Source: an uncultured Gammaproteobacteria bacterium (lineage in GTDB: Bacteria; Patescibacteriota; Patescibacteriia; Magasanikbacterales; UBA922). Taken from it: DNA of 64,000 nt. Positions 47,322 through 55,976 of this stretch are shown here, one piece after another. The stretch is taken from the NCBI GenBank assembly GCA_964565405.1, contig CAZMEW010000002.1, forward strand, positions 20,918 through 84,917, written 5' to 3'. A model generated the notes under the pieces. The model saw only the letters and a program-made list of their open reading frames with translations. It was not told where the DNA came from and did not search any database. Numbering within the stretch: the stretch's first letter is position 1; the number at the start of each line of letters is the position of its first letter. The position numbers were made by a program, and so were the translations under genes.

Positions 47322-47972
47322 TTAGTTATCTATTTTTGTTAATTGTTTTTTTATTGTCATAACTTGTTCTGCTGCAGCAATATCACGTTTGAATACCATA
47401 CTACCAGGGCAAATCGCATGCACACCACTTTTGGTAATTGCTTCAAGTGTATCTTCGTGCACCCCACCATCAAGTTCAGTGTATAAGTCTGGATATTTTT
47501 CTCTACATTCTCGTATTTTTTTTAGCACGTTTGGAATAAGCTTTTGTCCCTGGAAACCAGGTACTACACCCATAAAAAGAATGCCATCAATGGTATCTTT
47601 TATCAATTCGATCTGACTAAGTGGTGTTTTTGGATTAAGGGCTACAAAAATTTCCTGATTATACTCTCGCGCATTCGCGATTGTTTCAGAAATATTTTTC
47701 ATTGATTCAAGATGGATAATAAAACGAACAACAGAGGAGGTGGTACTCCATTCAGCTATCACCTCGAGAGGTGAGGCAACCATCAAATGAAGTTCGAATG
47801 TATAGTCTTCGACCTGCTGGATTGCTTCGGGTTCCCCCCATGTGGTATTAGGTACAAAAGTACCATCAGCAATATCTAATTGAACATGATTAACTGTATG
47901 TTCTAAAGAGTTAAGTTGATTAAAAAATTCTTCTTTGGTTTTGACCAAAATCGAAGGAATAACGTCAATCAT
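47322..47972 (-). CDS. rpe: ribulose-phosphate 3-epimerase
   Basis: IPSILVK...HLMV...GFQGQK...DGGV TIM-barrel motifs. Confidence 0.85.
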   Translation of the reverse strand: MIDVIPSILVKTKEEFFNQLNSLEHTVNHVQLDIADGTFVPNTTWGEPEAIQQVEDYTFELHLMVASPLEVIAEWSTTSSVVRFIIHLESMKNISETIANAREYNQEIFVALNPKTPLSQIELIKDTIDGILFMGVVPGFQGQKLIPNVLKKIRECREKYPDLYTELDGGVHEDTLEAITKSGVHAICPGSMVFKRDIAAAEQVMTIKKQLTKIDN

Positions 47973-48427
47973 ACACTTCCTTCATATTCTTCAATTTTGG
48001 ACAAACGTCTCGTATGCCTATCAGCTTCACTAAAAGGTGTTTCAAGCCATCGCTTCACAATAGCCATAGCAAAATCTTCTGAGAGGTGATCAGCAGCAAG
48101 GCAGAGTATATTGGTATTATCATCTTTCATCATTGATTCTGCTACTGCAATGTTATATCCAATGCCTGCGCGAACTCCTTTGACTTTATTTGCTGCGATG
48201 CACACTCCAATACCATTACGACACACCAGGATGCCACGGGCGGTTTCTTCGACGACACGCTTGGCAAGGGGAAATGCATAGTCTGTATAATCATCGTCTT
48301 CGACATGATGCGCAGGACCGAGATCGGCGACTGGTCGATTGAGCTCATTCTCAATAAAACGAACCAGGCGTTTTTTCAAAGCATATCCACCATGGTCCCC
48401 ACTAATATAGAGTGCGCCTGTGTACAT
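47969..48427 (-). CDS. rpiB: ribose-5-phosphate isomerase B (RpiB/LacAB family)
   Basis: Start chosen at MYTGALYISGDHGG; GILVCRNGIGVCIAANK. Confidence 0.8.
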   Translation of the reverse strand: MYTGALYISGDHGGYALKKRLVRFIENELNRPVADLGPAHHVEDDDYTDYAFPLAKRVVEETARGILVCRNGIGVCIAANKVKGVRAGIGYNIAVAESMMKDDNTNILCLAADHLSEDFAMAIVKRWLETPFSEADRHTRRLSKIEEYEGSV

Positions 48428-48612
48428 AATAAAATCAGTTATCCCAGTGTTAATTATAGAAGAAAGTATACTGTTTTTGTAGTCTGAGGTAAAGAGAGTA
48501 TAGTCATAATTTGACGGTAGCACAAGTTGCAGCTATGATAGAAAATATAGTACAAATTATTCGCATCTCTACCGACATATCCCTGATTTCTTTACTTCTA
48601 ATTATTTTTTAT

Positions 48613-49062
48613 ATGAAAGTTAAAGAATTGATGGACACCAATGCGGTTTCGGTCTCTCCTGAAACAACATATGAAGAAGTGGCACGTCTACTCTACACTC
48701 ATCAAGTAAGTGGTGCACCAGTACTTGATGATAAGGAGCGTGTGATTGGGTTTGTGTCAGAGAAAGATATTGTACGGATCCTGTATCCCTGGTACAAGAG
48801 TTTCTACGAAAGTCCTGAGAGCTATACGGATATGGAAGCACGAGAGTCAAAAGCAGGCGACATTCGTAATACCAAGGTAGAAGTATTCATGAAGCGGAAT
48901 ATTATAACCGTGACTCCTGACGATCCTATTATGAAAGCCTGCGCTCTCATGCTCGCGCACGATATCAATCGTCTGCCTGTAGTGGAATATGGAAAAGTAG
49001 TAGGAGCAGTGAGTAGGGATAGTATCTATAAGGCAGTACTCAAGAAGAATTTTTCGCTCTAA
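48613..49062 (+). CDS. CBS-domain pair protein
   Basis: Two CBS motifs. Start chosen at MKVKELMDTNAVSV; the ORF track start at 48511 would add a hydrophobic N-terminal extension. Confidence 0.65.
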   Translation: MKVKELMDTNAVSVSPETTYEEVARLLYTHQVSGAPVLDDKERVIGFVSEKDIVRILYPWYKSFYESPESYTDMEARESKAGDIRNTKVEVFMKRNIITVTPDDPIMKACALMLAHDINRLPVVEYGKVVGAVSRDSIYKAVLKKNFSL

Positions 49063-49084
49063 TTTTGACTTTTTACTTTTATTC

Positions 49085-49295
49085 CTGTAAAGTTGCTTAT
49101 ACAATTCTATAAGCGCTTTTTCTGCTATCAACAGAAATTCCTTCGGGAGCGCTAGAGGAAGAACCCCGCCCTTTGCGAAGGGCTAGGAGTAGAACCTCTC
49201 GGGTATGCCCGTAATCGCATCTATGAAGCAGCCGCTGTGGAAGTGAGGTGGTACCGCCCAATCAGGGTCCTCACACTGGGGGCTTTTTATTTTTT
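49085..49295 (+). promoter_or_regulatory. probable T-box leader upstream of ileS
   Basis: GAGGTGGTACCGCCC matches the T-box consensus (GGGTGGTACCGCG). A terminator-like TGAGG...CCTCA hairpin is followed by GGGGGCTTTTTATTTTTTT. ATC triplets in stem I are candidate Ile specifiers. Confidence 0.45.
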
Positions 49296-49303
49296 TACAA
49301 CGT

Positions 49304-52300
49304 ATGCCATATAATGCAAAAGACCAGGAACTAGAAGTACTGAAACATTGGGATAAGACCGATGCTTTTCGAAAATCTGTCGAAAATCGACCAGTAAAAA
49401 ATCGATATGCTTTTTATGATGGTCCTCCATTTGCAACTGGTCTACCGCACTATGGGCATATTGTAGCATCTGTCATGAAAGATGCGGTTCCACGCTACTG
49501 GACTATGCAAGGATATCGAGTTGAACGAGTCTGGGGATGGGATTGTCATGGACTTCCGATTGAAAATATTGTTGAAAAAGAACTTGGTACCAAAAGTAAA
49601 AAAGATATTGAGGAAATGGGGGTAGCTGAATTCAATGAGCGATGCCGTTCAAAAGTGTTGAGCTATGTAGGCGAGTGGGAGAAAACGATCACACGTCTCG
49701 GTCGCTGGGTAGATATGAAGAATGCGTATCGTACGATGGATAATGGCTACATGGAATCAGTGTGGGCTGTATTCAAACAACTCTGGGATAAAGATCTGAT
49801 TTATCATGGGTATAAACCGATGCACATTTGTCCTCGTTGTGAGACGACTTTGTCTCAACAAGAAGTTACTGAAGGATATAAAGATATCAAAGATATTTCA
49901 GTAACAGCAAAGTTTAAGGTGACAAATGCTAAAGAAAAATTAGGAATTGATGGTGATGTTTATATACTTGCGTGGACTACAACGCCGTGGACATTGCCGG
50001 GGAATGTGTTGTTAGCAGTCGGAAACGAAATCGATTATATTTCAGCAGAAACTTTGTTATTTAAGGGTGAAGACGAGACCTATATTGTGTCTAAACAGGC
50101 TTTGCAACATCATTTATTGAAAGGTGCTGATGAACAGGTTTTTAGTCAATTATTGGGGCTGGATGATCATCATTGGATTGTGGGTGCAAAAGAAAATCAT
50201 TCGGAAAGAGTGAGAGAATTTAAGGGAAAAGATTTAGTTGGCCTTACATACGAACCATTATTCCCATATTTTGCTGATAGTAAAAATTCTTTCCGTGTAG
50301 TTGCGGCAGATTTTGTAACGACTGAGGATGGAAGTGGTGTGGTACACCTTGCACCTGCGTTTGGTACGGATGATTACGAAGTATTCAAAAAAGAAAACGT
50401 ACCGTTTATTCAGCATGTAAAAATGGATGGAACATTTATTGACGCAGTCACGGATTTTGCAGGCATGCATGTGAAACCTGCAGAAGACCACATGGCAACT
50501 GATGTTGAAATCGTGAAGTGGCTCGCACACAATGGCAAACTTTTCTCAAAGAAAAAATACGAACACAGCTACCCCCATTGTTGGCGTTGTGATACTCCAC
50601 TCATCAATTATGCGACCAGTAGTTGGTTTGTAAATGTAACGAAAATAAAAGCAAAAGCTCTCAAGCAAGCAGAGAAGATTAATTGGTCGCCCGAGCATAT
50701 TAAGGAAGGTCGATTCGGTAAATGGCTGGAAGGTGCGCGTGACTGGTCTATTTCCCGACAGCGATTCTGGGCAACGGTTATTCCAGTCTGGCAGAACGCA
50801 GATGGTGATTCGATTTGTGTTGGTTCTCTTAAAGAACTCGAAGAATTGTCAGGACAGAAAATAGATGATCTGCATAAACATATTGTCGACAAAATTACAT
50901 TTGAAAAAGATGGAAAAACGTATACACGTGTTCCGGATGTACTCGATACGTGGTTCGATTCCGGCTCCATGCCGTATGCAGAGGTACATTATCCATTTGA
51001 AAATAAAGAAAAATTTGAGGATAGTTTCCCTGCAGAATTTATTGCAGAAGGTCAGGATCAGACGCGTGCATGGTTCTATTACTTACACGTACTTGCAGTG
51101 AGTCTTTTTGGAAAACCAGCGTATAAGAATGTAATCGTGAATGGAATTGTCTTGGCAGAAGACGGGAAAAAGATGAGTAAGAAATTGCAGAATTATCCTG
51201 ATCCAAATATCTTACTTGAAAAATACGGAGCAGATGCGCTTCGATATTATTTGCTGACGTCACCAGTGATGGCAGCAGAGAATCTCAATTTTGCTGAAGC
51301 GGGCGTGCGAGAAATGTATAACAAACTCGTAAATACGCTATGGAATGTGTGTGAGTTTTATGAGTTGTTTGCAGAAAAAGTCGAAAGTCGAAAGTCGAAA
51401 GTCGAAAGTAAACACATTTTGGATCGTTGGATTCTTTCCAAACTTAATATTTTGGTTAAGGAAGTTACTGGTGGAATGGAATCGTATAAATTAGCGGAAG
51501 CGAGTCGACCAATTGTGGAATTTGTTACTGAATTATCACAATGGTATGTACGCCGAAGTCGGGATCGATTTAAAAAAATAACGAATAACGAACAACGAAC
51601 AACGAACAAAAATACAGAAGATGATTTTTATGCAGCACTGTCTACATTACGATATGTTTTGTTAACCCTGTCAAAAGTGATGGCACCATTCACGCCGTTT
51701 ATCGCAGAAACGCTGTATCAAAAAGTGGGGGGAGTCATGGGAAGTGTGCACCTTGAAGATTTTCCCGTATATAATAAGAAGGAAGTAGATGAAAAAGTAT
51801 TGGAAGAGATGCAGAGTATTCGAAAAGTGGTAGAAATGGGTCTTGCACTTCGAGCACAATCTGGAATAAAAGTACGCCAGACTTTATCAACATTATATTT
51901 TAGTGGAGTTACTCTTTCTGACGCCGGGCAGGAAATTATTGCAGATGAGATGAATGTAAAATCGGTCGTACATAAGGTTCCTGAAGCGACTGAACGTGTG
52001 AGGGTTAAAGAAGAAAATGCGATAAAAGTAGGATTAGATATCGAAATAACAGATGAATTGAAAAAAGAAGGACTAGTCCGAGAAATAGTAAGAGCGGTGA
52101 ATCAGATGAGAAAAGAGCGGGGGTTAACCGTAGAAGATATGGTTACTCTGTACTGGCACACGGGGGATGAACAATTGCGAGAAGTGTTTGAGAATTATTC
52201 AAAAGAAATCGCAACTGGAGTATTGGCAGGGAGTATTGTAGAGCAAAAAAATGAGGGAAGTGTAGAAATTGAAGGAGTACAAATTTCACTAACTATTGAA

Positions 52301-52309
52301 AAGAAATAA
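49304..52309 (+). CDS. ileS: isoleucyl-tRNA synthetase
   Basis: HIGH-type motif PPFATGLPHYGH, KMSKS motif KMSKKLQN, editing domain, 1001 aa. Confidence 0.9.
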   Translation: MPYNAKDQELEVLKHWDKTDAFRKSVENRPVKNRYAFYDGPPFATGLPHYGHIVASVMKDAVPRYWTMQGYRVERVWGWDCHGLPIENIVEKELGTKSKKDIEEMGVAEFNERCRSKVLSYVGEWEKTITRLGRWVDMKNAYRTMDNGYMESVWAVFKQLWDKDLIYHGYKPMHICPRCETTLSQQEVTEGYKDIKDISVTAKFKVTNAKEKLGIDGDVYILAWTTTPWTLPGNVLLAVGNEIDYISAETLLFKGEDETYIVSKQALQHHLLKGADEQVFSQLLGLDDHHWIVGAKENHSERVREFKGKDLVGLTYEPLFPYFADSKNSFRVVAADFVTTEDGSGVVHLAPAFGTDDYEVFKKENVPFIQHVKMDGTFIDAVTDFAGMHVKPAEDHMATDVEIVKWLAHNGKLFSKKKYEHSYPHCWRCDTPLINYATSSWFVNVTKIKAKALKQAEKINWSPEHIKEGRFGKWLEGARDWSISRQRFWATVIPVWQNADGDSICVGSLKELEELSGQKIDDLHKHIVDKITFEKDGKTYTRVPDVLDTWFDSGSMPYAEVHYPFENKEKFEDSFPAEFIAEGQDQTRAWFYYLHVLAVSLFGKPAYKNVIVNGIVLAEDGKKMSKKLQNYPDPNILLEKYGADALRYYLLTSPVMAAENLNFAEAGVREMYNKLVNTLWNVCEFYELFAEKVESRKSKVESKHILDRWILSKLNILVKEVTGGMESYKLAEASRPIVEFVTELSQWYVRRSRDRFKKITNNEQRTTNKNTEDDFYAALSTLRYVLLTLSKVMAPFTPFIAETLYQKVGGVMGSVHLEDFPVYNKKEVDEKVLEEMQSIRKVVEMGLALRAQSGIKVRQTLSTLYFSGVTLSDAGQEIIADEMNVKSVVHKVPEATERVRVKEENAIKVGLDIEITDELKKEGLVREIVRAVNQMRKERGLTVEDMVTLYWHTGDEQLREVFENYSKEIATGVLAGSIVEQKNEGSVEIEGVQISLTIEKK
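51377..51409 (+). repeat. 7-bp tandem repeat (AAAGTCG x4.7) inside ileS
   Basis: aaagtcgaaagtcgaaagtcgaaagtcgaaagt, encoding KVESRKSKVESK. Confidence 0.8.
51581..51608 (+). repeat. 7-bp tandem repeat (ACGAAYA x4) inside ileS
   Basis: acgaataacgaacaacgaacaacgaaca, encoding TNNEQRTTNK. Confidence 0.8.
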
Positions 52310-52315
52310 TCACCT

Positions 52316-53821
52316 ATGAAATACACGACACAAACCAATATCAATGAATTAAAACCGTGCAACGTAATTATATTTCCAATATTTGAAGATCAGAAAGTAG
52401 AGTCTGAGTTGAAAAGTTTTGGAATGCTCGATGATCGAAGAAAAAAGATCGTTGATGCAATTGAACTTGAGGAATTCAAAGGAAGAAAATTTGAACGATT
52501 AGTACTGCATACCGAAGATGCACATCATCCTCGAATCATGCTCGTGGGGCTTGGAAAAGAAAAGGAATATTCAGTAAAAAAATTACGTGAATGTGTGGGT
52601 GCTGGATTTATCCATGCACAAGGTAAAAAATGGAAAAAAGTTTCAGTAGTGGTTACCGGCGCTCTCAGAAAGAAAGAAACGAGTGAACAGATCGGATCTC
52701 TCCTCACACGTGCAGTAGAAATTTCTACCTATGCCTATGATGAACACAAGACTGACAAAGAAGCTCGAACAGTCCCTCTCGATGAAGTTCAGTTTGTTGG
52801 ATTAGTAAATGCTACTGAGAAAAAAGCGTTTGAGAAGGGTGTAAGTCATGGGAAAATCGTTGCTGGAGGTGTGAATTTTACCCGTCACCTAGGGAATACT
52901 CCTCCGAGCACTATGACTCCAGAATATCTAGCACATGCTGCAGTTGAAATGACAAAGAAAACTAAACTCAAAACAAAAATTTTGAACAAAGCAGAGATTC
53001 AAAAACTAGGAATGGGCTGTTTGTTGGGAGTTGCACAAGGATCTGAACATGAACCAAAATTTATCATTGTGGAATATTGGGGTGCGGCAAAGTCACAGAA
53101 GCCAATTGTATTGGTGGGTAAAGGAATCACATTTGATTCTGGTGGATTATCAATCAAGCCAGCAAACTGGATGTCTGAAATGAAGTATGACATGCTTGGC
53201 GGGGCGGCTGTACTTGGTGCGATCAAGGTTGCGTCAGAGCTTAAATTGAAAAAAAATATTGTAGGACTTATTCCGAGTGCAGAAAACATGCCAAGTGGTA
53301 CTGCATTTCGCCCAGATGATATTCTTGTTGCCATGAATGGAAAAACAGTTGAAATTCTAAATACTGATGCAGAAGGACGACTTATTCTTGCGGACGCTCT
53401 ATGCTACGCAAAGAAATACGAACCAGCAGAAGTGATTGATCTCGCCACTCTTACAGGTGCATGTATGGGTGCTCTCGGGTCAGAACGTTCGGGATTATTC
53501 ACTCCAGATGATAAAATGTGTGAGAGACTCGTTGAAGCAGGGGATGGTGTAGGTGAGCTATTGTGGAGATTACCTCTTGGTGAAGAATATAGTGAAGCTA
53601 TGAAAAGTGAAATTGCTGATATCAAAAATCTTGGTGGCGTAGGGAACCCTGCATTTGGTGGAGCATCGACCGCTGCTGCATTCCTTCAATTCTTCGTAGA
53701 TTACAAATGGGCGCACATTGATCTTGCAAGCGCCATATTTATGGGCAAAGCAAAACCATGGCTTCGTCCTGGCGCAAATGGATTTGGTGTTGAAACTCTT
53801 GTTTCCTACCTTTCACGTTAA
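52316..53821 (+). CDS. pepA: leucyl aminopeptidase (M17)
   Basis: NTDAEGRL motif and M17 catalytic-domain residues. Confidence 0.85.
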   Translation: MKYTTQTNINELKPCNVIIFPIFEDQKVESELKSFGMLDDRRKKIVDAIELEEFKGRKFERLVLHTEDAHHPRIMLVGLGKEKEYSVKKLRECVGAGFIHAQGKKWKKVSVVVTGALRKKETSEQIGSLLTRAVEISTYAYDEHKTDKEARTVPLDEVQFVGLVNATEKKAFEKGVSHGKIVAGGVNFTRHLGNTPPSTMTPEYLAHAAVEMTKKTKLKTKILNKAEIQKLGMGCLLGVAQGSEHEPKFIIVEYWGAAKSQKPIVLVGKGITFDSGGLSIKPANWMSEMKYDMLGGAAVLGAIKVASELKLKKNIVGLIPSAENMPSGTAFRPDDILVAMNGKTVEILNTDAEGRLILADALCYAKKYEPAEVIDLATLTGACMGALGSERSGLFTPDDKMCERLVEAGDGVGELLWRLPLGEEYSEAMKSEIADIKNLGGVGNPAFGGASTAAAFLQFFVDYKWAHIDLASAIFMGKAKPWLRPGANGFGVETLVSYLSR

Positions 53822-53824
53822 TCT

Positions 53825-54403
53825 ATGATCGCACATATTCAAGGAATGATTATTGGAAGTACCAAACAAAGTGTGATTGTGGGAACACAGTCAGGACTTG
53901 GATATGAAGTAGTACTTCCAACGTATAAGCTTCTTGAATTAAACACAGGAGTTCCAGTGTCATTTTTCATCTATCACAAAGTCAGTGAGAATAGCCAGGA
54001 ATTATTTGGCTTTTCAGTTATGGAAGAGCGAGAGTTCTTTATGCTCCTCATGACTGTCTCTGGAATTGGACCGAAAAGTGCAATGAATATTATGTCACTC
54101 GGATCAGTCGAGGATATCCGGGACGCAATTGCGAGAGGTGATGTAGGCTACCTTACCTCAATTCAAGGAATGGGGAAGAAAACTGCAGAGAGATTGGTGG
54201 TTGAGTTGAAAAGTAAAATTGATCTCGGATCACGAGTATCGGTTCGCTCCAAACCTGCTGACGGAGTGCTCGATGATGTGGTTGAAGGTTTGATATCTAT
54301 GGGATATACCAAAGATGAATCAAGAGACATGCTTCAGAATGTGGAAGGTGAAGGAAAGAGTGCCGCAGAAATTTTGAAAGAAGTATTGTCGAGAAAGCGT
54401 TAA
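53825..54403 (+). CDS. ruvA: Holliday junction branch-migration protein RuvA
   Basis: N-terminal OB domain plus two HhH motifs (SGIGPKSA, IQGMGKKTAERL). Confidence 0.85.
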   Translation: MIAHIQGMIIGSTKQSVIVGTQSGLGYEVVLPTYKLLELNTGVPVSFFIYHKVSENSQELFGFSVMEEREFFMLLMTVSGIGPKSAMNIMSLGSVEDIRDAIARGDVGYLTSIQGMGKKTAERLVVELKSKIDLGSRVSVRSKPADGVLDDVVEGLISMGYTKDESRDMLQNVEGEGKSAAEILKEVLSRKR

Positions 54404-54424
54404 CTAAAAATTTAGAAACAAAAA

Positions 54425-54460
54425 ACCAGGCTGATGAAGCGTGGTTTTTTGTTCTAACCT
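54425..54460 (+). terminator. rho-independent terminator after ruvA
   Basis: AACCAGGC...GCGTGGTT hairpin followed by TTTTTT. Confidence 0.5.
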
Positions 54461-54542
54461 ATTTGCAAAATTTACAAACATGTTTCGCAGGCCCCTTTTT
54501 CAGTGTGGGGCGCACTGCCGGTTAGCACCGGCGGTATATTCG

Positions 54543-54986
54543 CTAGCGAGGCGGGACCCAGCCTTGCACATCCATGTCGAGGTTGAGGCCGAGTTCGTTC
54601 AGCACCTCAATCGTCTTCTCGAGATGCTTTTTGCCGAAGCCGTCGAGCTTCAGGAGTTCCTCACGTGTCATCTGAACGATCTGACCAACATAGGAGATAC
54701 CTGTGTGGGAGAACGTAGCCCACTTTTGACTGTTGAGGTATTTCCCATAGTTCAGCTCGTGGATACTTTTGTTAAGCTTCTCCATGAGTGAAGCGTGGAT
54801 TCGATCTGCTTCCTGTACAGCGTACGACCCACGCTGCACTTGTTTGAACGTGAGATGATTTCGAGCCCACCAATTCGCTGTTTCCTCGTCCATGTCCATC
54901 GGAATTGCCGCTACGGCCATTATCACAAGCCTACGGTATGTTTCAGGTTTCATAGCGCTACCTTCCTCATTTGTCTGTTTTGGCAA
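54543..54986 (-). CDS. stand-alone RNA polymerase alpha-subunit C-terminal-domain-like (HhH) protein, GC-rich
   Basis: VGQIVQMTREELLKLDGFGKKHLEKTIEVLNELGLNL matches the alpha-CTD consensus (T..ELLK.pNlGKKSL.EI...L...GL.L). The start could instead be the internal MKPETYRR. Confidence 0.5.
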   Translation of the reverse strand: MPKQTNEEGSAMKPETYRRLVIMAVAAIPMDMDEETANWWARNHLTFKQVQRGSYAVQEADRIHASLMEKLNKSIHELNYGKYLNSQKWATFSHTGISYVGQIVQMTREELLKLDGFGKKHLEKTIEVLNELGLNLDMDVQGWVPPR

Positions 54987-55035
54987 CCGATCTTTTTATC
55001 ATAAAAATTAATTTCTGTCAATCCTCAAATCAAAA

Positions 55036-55062
55036 ACCACCCTCATCAGGTGGTTTTTGATA
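55036..55062. repeat. 27-bp hairpin repeat copy 1 (AAAACCACCCTCATCAGGTGGTTTTT)
   Basis: Identical to the copy at 55922-55948. It is terminator-like in both orientations. Confidence 0.8.
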
Positions 55063-55144
55063 TCTAAAAATGAAGAAGATCTCCGTATCAACTGCACAGA
55101 AGTGCACGTTGTTACGGAGATCTAGACTAGGAGTGTGGTAGTAG

Positions 55145-55771
55145 CTAAGGTCGTTTCAGACCGCAGAACCACACACAGTCGTTGTAGCTCGTGTGCCGGG
55201 AGAAGGAGAACAGAAGGGTGCTTCGATCACCGTACGCACCGAGCACTAGCAGGTTTCCCTTCTCTTCTTCCCATGTCGCATCGGGATTGAAGATCCAGGT
55301 ACCATTTGTAGAACGCCAGATGCTTTTGACGTGCTGTTCGATGAGGGCTGCGATGTGCTCGAAGCCAGCTGGATCGAGATCGAGAAGTTCTCGGATCCGT
55401 TTGGCATGTTTGATGTTGGGGCGGTAGCTCAGTCGGTAGATGACGACGGTTGCGGTCGTCTTTTCACCCACAGTCCGGATGAGTGGGCCGAATGTCTCGG
55501 AGTCGAAGTGAATGGTCGCCCGGTTGATTCCTTCCAGACGTTTGCCCCAGTCTTCAGGGGTCAGTGTGGGATCGATCGTGACCACATACTCCCGCTTCTC
55601 TTTGACGAGTGCAGTGGGTCCATCATGGAGTTTCTGGAGAAGACCTCCGACCGAATCGGGATTCTCGATCCATTGCTGGGCAATGTTCGAGAATATATAT
55701 CCCGGGAGTTTTTGTACGAGTAGAGCGCTCAGCTCTTGGAGCTGCCCTTTACTCGCGTAGGAGTCTGACAT
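55145..55771 (-). CDS. hypothetical protein, GC-rich
   Basis: Start chosen at MSDSYASKG. No recognisable family. GC is much higher than the genome background. Confidence 0.45.
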   Translation of the reverse strand: MSDSYASKGQLQELSALLVQKLPGYIFSNIAQQWIENPDSVGGLLQKLHDGPTALVKEKREYVVTIDPTLTPEDWGKRLEGINRATIHFDSETFGPLIRTVGEKTTATVVIYRLSYRPNIKHAKRIRELLDLDPAGFEHIAALIEQHVKSIWRSTNGTWIFNPDATWEEEKGNLLVLGAYGDRSTLLFSFSRHTSYNDCVWFCGLKRP

Positions 55772-55921
55772 GTGATTTTTCTCCTTGGCTCTCTTTTGGT
55801 ATGAGTGTAACCTGACCAAAAGCCGACCAGAGGTAGTTTTTTATGGCAGGAGCACCATTACCACTGCCACCTGGATAGAAATATGATACAAAATATGATT
55901 TTTGTCAATCATAAGACAAAC

Positions 55922-55948
55922 TAAAACCACCCTCATCAGGTGGTTTTT
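55922..55948. repeat. 27-bp hairpin repeat copy 2
   Basis: aaaaccaccctcatcaggtggttttt, identical to copy 1. Confidence 0.8.
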
Positions 55949-55976
55949 ATATTTCTAATCTTGAGTCAATCAATTT

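Noticed and set aside
54441-54791. 116-aa plus-strand ORF antisense to the alpha-CTD-like gene, and plus-strand ORFs at 55191-55815
   Set aside because: They are GC-rich antisense frames. The minus-strand ORFs carry the recognisable HhH/alpha-CTD motif.
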